A DNA stretch of 20,330 nucleotides from Promethearchaeota archaeon. GTDB taxonomy: Archaea; Asgardarchaeota; Lokiarchaeia; Sigyniarchaeales; SOKP01. The translations under genes were made by a program, and so were the position numbers. The DNA is taken from positions 1 to 20,330 of the forward strand of contig JAFGGO010000105.1 of the NCBI GenBank assembly GCA_016930515.1. Direction: 5' to 3'. A model generated the notes under the pieces. That model saw nothing but the letters and a program-made list of their open reading frames with translations, did not search any database and was not told where the DNA came from. Below, piece by piece: positions 17,797-20,330 of this stretch (within the stretch, counting starts at the first letter, position 1; every line of letters begins with the position of its first letter).

Positions 17797-18614
17797 AAAT
17801 CGCCGTTATTTTTTTTTCTGCTACTAAAAATACTGCTAAAATGGCACGATTCATCATTGAGCAATTAAAACTATTTGATAAAAGCAACCAAATAAACGAA
17901 GTTGATGTGTCTAGTCATTCAAGCAGGTTAAGGAAGTTAGATGTGAACAATTACGATGCGATTTATTTTGGATTTCCAATACACGCCTTAAGGGCTCCAG
18001 AAGTTGTTAGAAAATGGCTTAAAACCTTGGAGGGTAAGAAGAAAAGATGTTCCGTATTTTTTACTTACGGTGGCGTTGATGCAGGGATAGCACACTCTGA
18101 TATGAAACATATTTTGGATGAACAAGACTTTCAACTAGTTTCAACCGCAGAGTTCGTTTCCAAGCATTCTTACAATTTAGGTGGATGGAATCTAGCACAT
18201 AATAGACCTAATGAATTTGATTTTGAAGTTGCAAGGCAGTATGTAAAAAAAACTCAAAATCTTTTTTTAGATAACGGTTTTATTAATCTCCAATTCGAAA
18301 AAACAAGATTACCCGAACCTGTTCTCTTTAAAATTAAGGAATCTTTAAAGAAATCTATATTACCACCTTCGAGAAAGGGAAGCAATTGTAGTCTTTGTAA
18401 TATTTGCGAAGAATTATGTCCTACGCTTGCAATGGATTCTAAATTGGGAGAAGCAGATTTTGAAGCTTGCATTCGTTGCTTTCGGTGTTTTGCTAATTGT
18501 CCTGAGAACGCTTTAAAAATTGGCGATCTTCGACGCCAACTTAGATTATTTGAAAAAGTAAAAAAAATATCTAGCGATGATATTTTAACTAAAGAGAGCA
18601 GATTTTTCATATAA
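17793..18614 (+). CDS. EFR1-type flavodoxin-ferredoxin fusion
   Basis: FSATKNT and FGFPIH flavodoxin motifs, TYGG, CSLCNICEELCP and CIRCFRCFANCP; ATGA overlap with the upstream gene. Confidence 0.88.
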   Translation: MKIAVIFFSATKNTAKMARFIIEQLKLFDKSNQINEVDVSSHSSRLRKLDVNNYDAIYFGFPIHALRAPEVVRKWLKTLEGKKKRCSVFFTYGGVDAGIAHSDMKHILDEQDFQLVSTAEFVSKHSYNLGGWNLAHNRPNEFDFEVARQYVKKTQNLFLDNGFINLQFEKTRLPEPVLFKIKESLKKSILPPSRKGSNCSLCNICEELCPTLAMDSKLGEADFEACIRCFRCFANCPENALKIGDLRRQLRLFEKVKKISSDDILTKESRFFI

Positions 18615-18617
18615 ATC

Positions 18618-18831
18618 TTATATACATGTTAGAAGCCAAGGTGTAAAAGATAATTTTACTCCTGTATTTTTTTCTCGTGTTTAATTATATTCAATCGACC
18701 GTCAGTAACATCAACTTCAATCAAACTCTTTAAATAATGATAATTATCTCCAAACGCTAAAAAATCGAGTGTTGGAATTCTTGCTTTTGGAAATTTAATA
18801 ATTTGATATTTTCAATATTTTCTCTACTCAT
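18618..18831 (-). pseudogene. 5' fragment of a 2-oxoacid dehydrogenase E2-like acyltransferase (catalytic-domain-only type)
   Basis: MSRENI/fs/KYQIIKFPKARIPTLDFLAFGDNYHYLKSLIEVDVTDGRLNIIKHEKK/fs/TGVKLSFTPWLLTCI*. EVDVT and KLSFT are E2 motifs; two frameshifts. Confidence 0.72.
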
Positions 18832-18962
18832 AATTAATAAAGTATCTTTTTCTATTAAAACTCCATTTCGAGTATTCTATATATCATAGTTTTTCCTGTT
18901 CTTGTTCTTTTTTAATTATCAGCTGCTAGCTTAAATACTTGAATTATTTTCTTTAATATGAT

Positions 18963-20174
18963 ATGGATGAATTGAGAAATTTCTTTGCTTACGAAATTGA
19001 AGAAAATGGGGTACGCAAGGAATTATTTTTCTCAGAAAAAGACCTCGAACAATATCTCGATCCAGAGAAGGTTTTAATTTTAATAAGGGAAGATTTAAGA
19101 AGAATTTTCGTTTGGAAAGGAGCAAAGTCTTCGGTTCAAAATCGATTCATTAGTTCAAATGTCGCAACGGAGCTCCAGCAAGAACTCGCGAAAGATTCTC
19201 GTTATCAAGTGTGTAAAATCGTTTCGGTGGATCAGGGTGACGAGGTTCAAGAATTTCTTAAAGCATTTGCTTTAAAATCAATGGATGTGAAAGAACGATT
19301 AGCAGATATGAGATATGTTCGGAACAGTGAACGGTCAATATATGAAAAAGAAAAGACATATCCTGAAGAAAAGGAATTTAGAATCAGTGAACATATCGTG
19401 CTAAAATTCATAAAAGGACAAACCGTTATCTTCATAAACGACGAACCGTTTCATCAATGCAAATATTTACTCTTAAATCTCACTCAAAAGGATTTTATCG
19501 AATTTGATGATGTTGATTCCATTGATGAAGCCTTCAAGATCTATAACAAGATGGAAAAAAAACACGAACATGACCACGATCTCATCGATCCAGAGTCCGA
19601 ATTTATGGGTCATTGTTCTAACCTCCAAGCTTGGTACGAACACGACTATGATCTCAGAATTCTTCATAGTAGCCTTTCAATTCCCTTATTGAAGAAAATT
19701 GCTTTTTTAGGGGATAAAAAAGCAATCATGCGACTAAAAGAAAGCATCGCAACTCGGATAGCGTCGAGAAATTTTAATACTATCGTTTTTTACCTCAACG
19801 AAAAGTATCTGAAACTATTTTCGAATGAGGAATTGGAAGCGATGTTTGAAGACTGGCTTAATAAAAAGGTAGATTTCGCCTTTATGGAGAAAAGAAGGTT
19901 GTGGTATCCCCTTCTTCAAGAATTAATCGAACGGGGAATTTTAAAGGCTCAGAAAATCGTCAAAAACGAAATCATAAAATATCTCAAAGAAGACAATCTT
20001 GAAGCTTATAGATATTTACTTAACACTGATTTTCTCAAGCTTCTTAAACTTGAAGTCCTGGAAGAACTCTATGAAATTGTTCCAAAGAAAGACTTGGTTG
20101 CGATGCGAAGGGTTGAATCCATTATTCTCAAAAAAACACTCAAAAAAAGAAGAGAATCACAATCTATTACATAA
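18963..20174 (+). CDS. Gelsolin-like domain fused to a Lokiarchaeia-type 'GHCSNLQxW' domain
   Basis: N-terminal LDPEKVLILIREDLRRIFVWKGAKSS...SVDQGDEVQEFLKAF matches the gelsolin repeat pattern. It is followed by EFRISEHIVLK...QCKYLLLN...SIDEA...EFMGHCSNLQAWYEHDYD.RILHS.L..PLLKK. Confidence 0.72.
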   Translation: MDELRNFFAYEIEENGVRKELFFSEKDLEQYLDPEKVLILIREDLRRIFVWKGAKSSVQNRFISSNVATELQQELAKDSRYQVCKIVSVDQGDEVQEFLKAFALKSMDVKERLADMRYVRNSERSIYEKEKTYPEEKEFRISEHIVLKFIKGQTVIFINDEPFHQCKYLLLNLTQKDFIEFDDVDSIDEAFKIYNKMEKKHEHDHDLIDPESEFMGHCSNLQAWYEHDYDLRILHSSLSIPLLKKIAFLGDKKAIMRLKESIATRIASRNFNTIVFYLNEKYLKLFSNEELEAMFEDWLNKKVDFAFMEKRRLWYPLLQELIERGILKAQKIVKNEIIKYLKEDNLEAYRYLLNTDFLKLLKLEVLEELYEIVPKKDLVAMRRVESIILKKTLKKRRESQSIT

Positions 20175-20330
20175 ATAAACAAATTAATTCTATTGAATAA
20201 CGATTTGTAAATTAATAGAATTTAAGTAAATTTATTTCATAAAAATTGATTATCTCTCTTGTTTAATATTCATTTATGCTTTCAAAAAATTCTCTCGTAT
20301 GAATTCTTGGATTATTGGATTAGAATCTAT

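Overview
AT-rich archaeal window, most likely from an Asgard archaeon (Lokiarchaeia/Promethearchaeota). This is inferred from an archaeal-type CdhA, a gelsolin-like domain and a Loki-type 'GHCSNLQxW' domain. Left part: two paralogous Bat/HTH_10 regulators, each divergent from an enzyme gene (an SDR epimerase; an 807-aa alpha/beta-hydrolase-PKD protein), plus a HAD hydrolase, an internally deleted IS607-like element and a third, truncated HTH_10 copy. Middle: mntP, an HpnA-like SDR, a decayed ferritin-like/VIT1 gene, and a CDF-NifB/NifX + CCG Fe-S oxidoreductase pair divergent from a stand-alone cdhA followed by a DUF364 gene. Right: Fur/PerR with a peroxiredoxin, an ArsR-methyltransferase-EFR1 unit, an E2 acyltransferase scrap, and a gelsolin-like domain fused to a Loki-type domain. 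Several palindromic operator candidates and four unannotated gene remnants were read directly from intergenic DNA. No rRNA, tRNA or CRISPR array was seen. All family calls come from motif recognition, not database searches.
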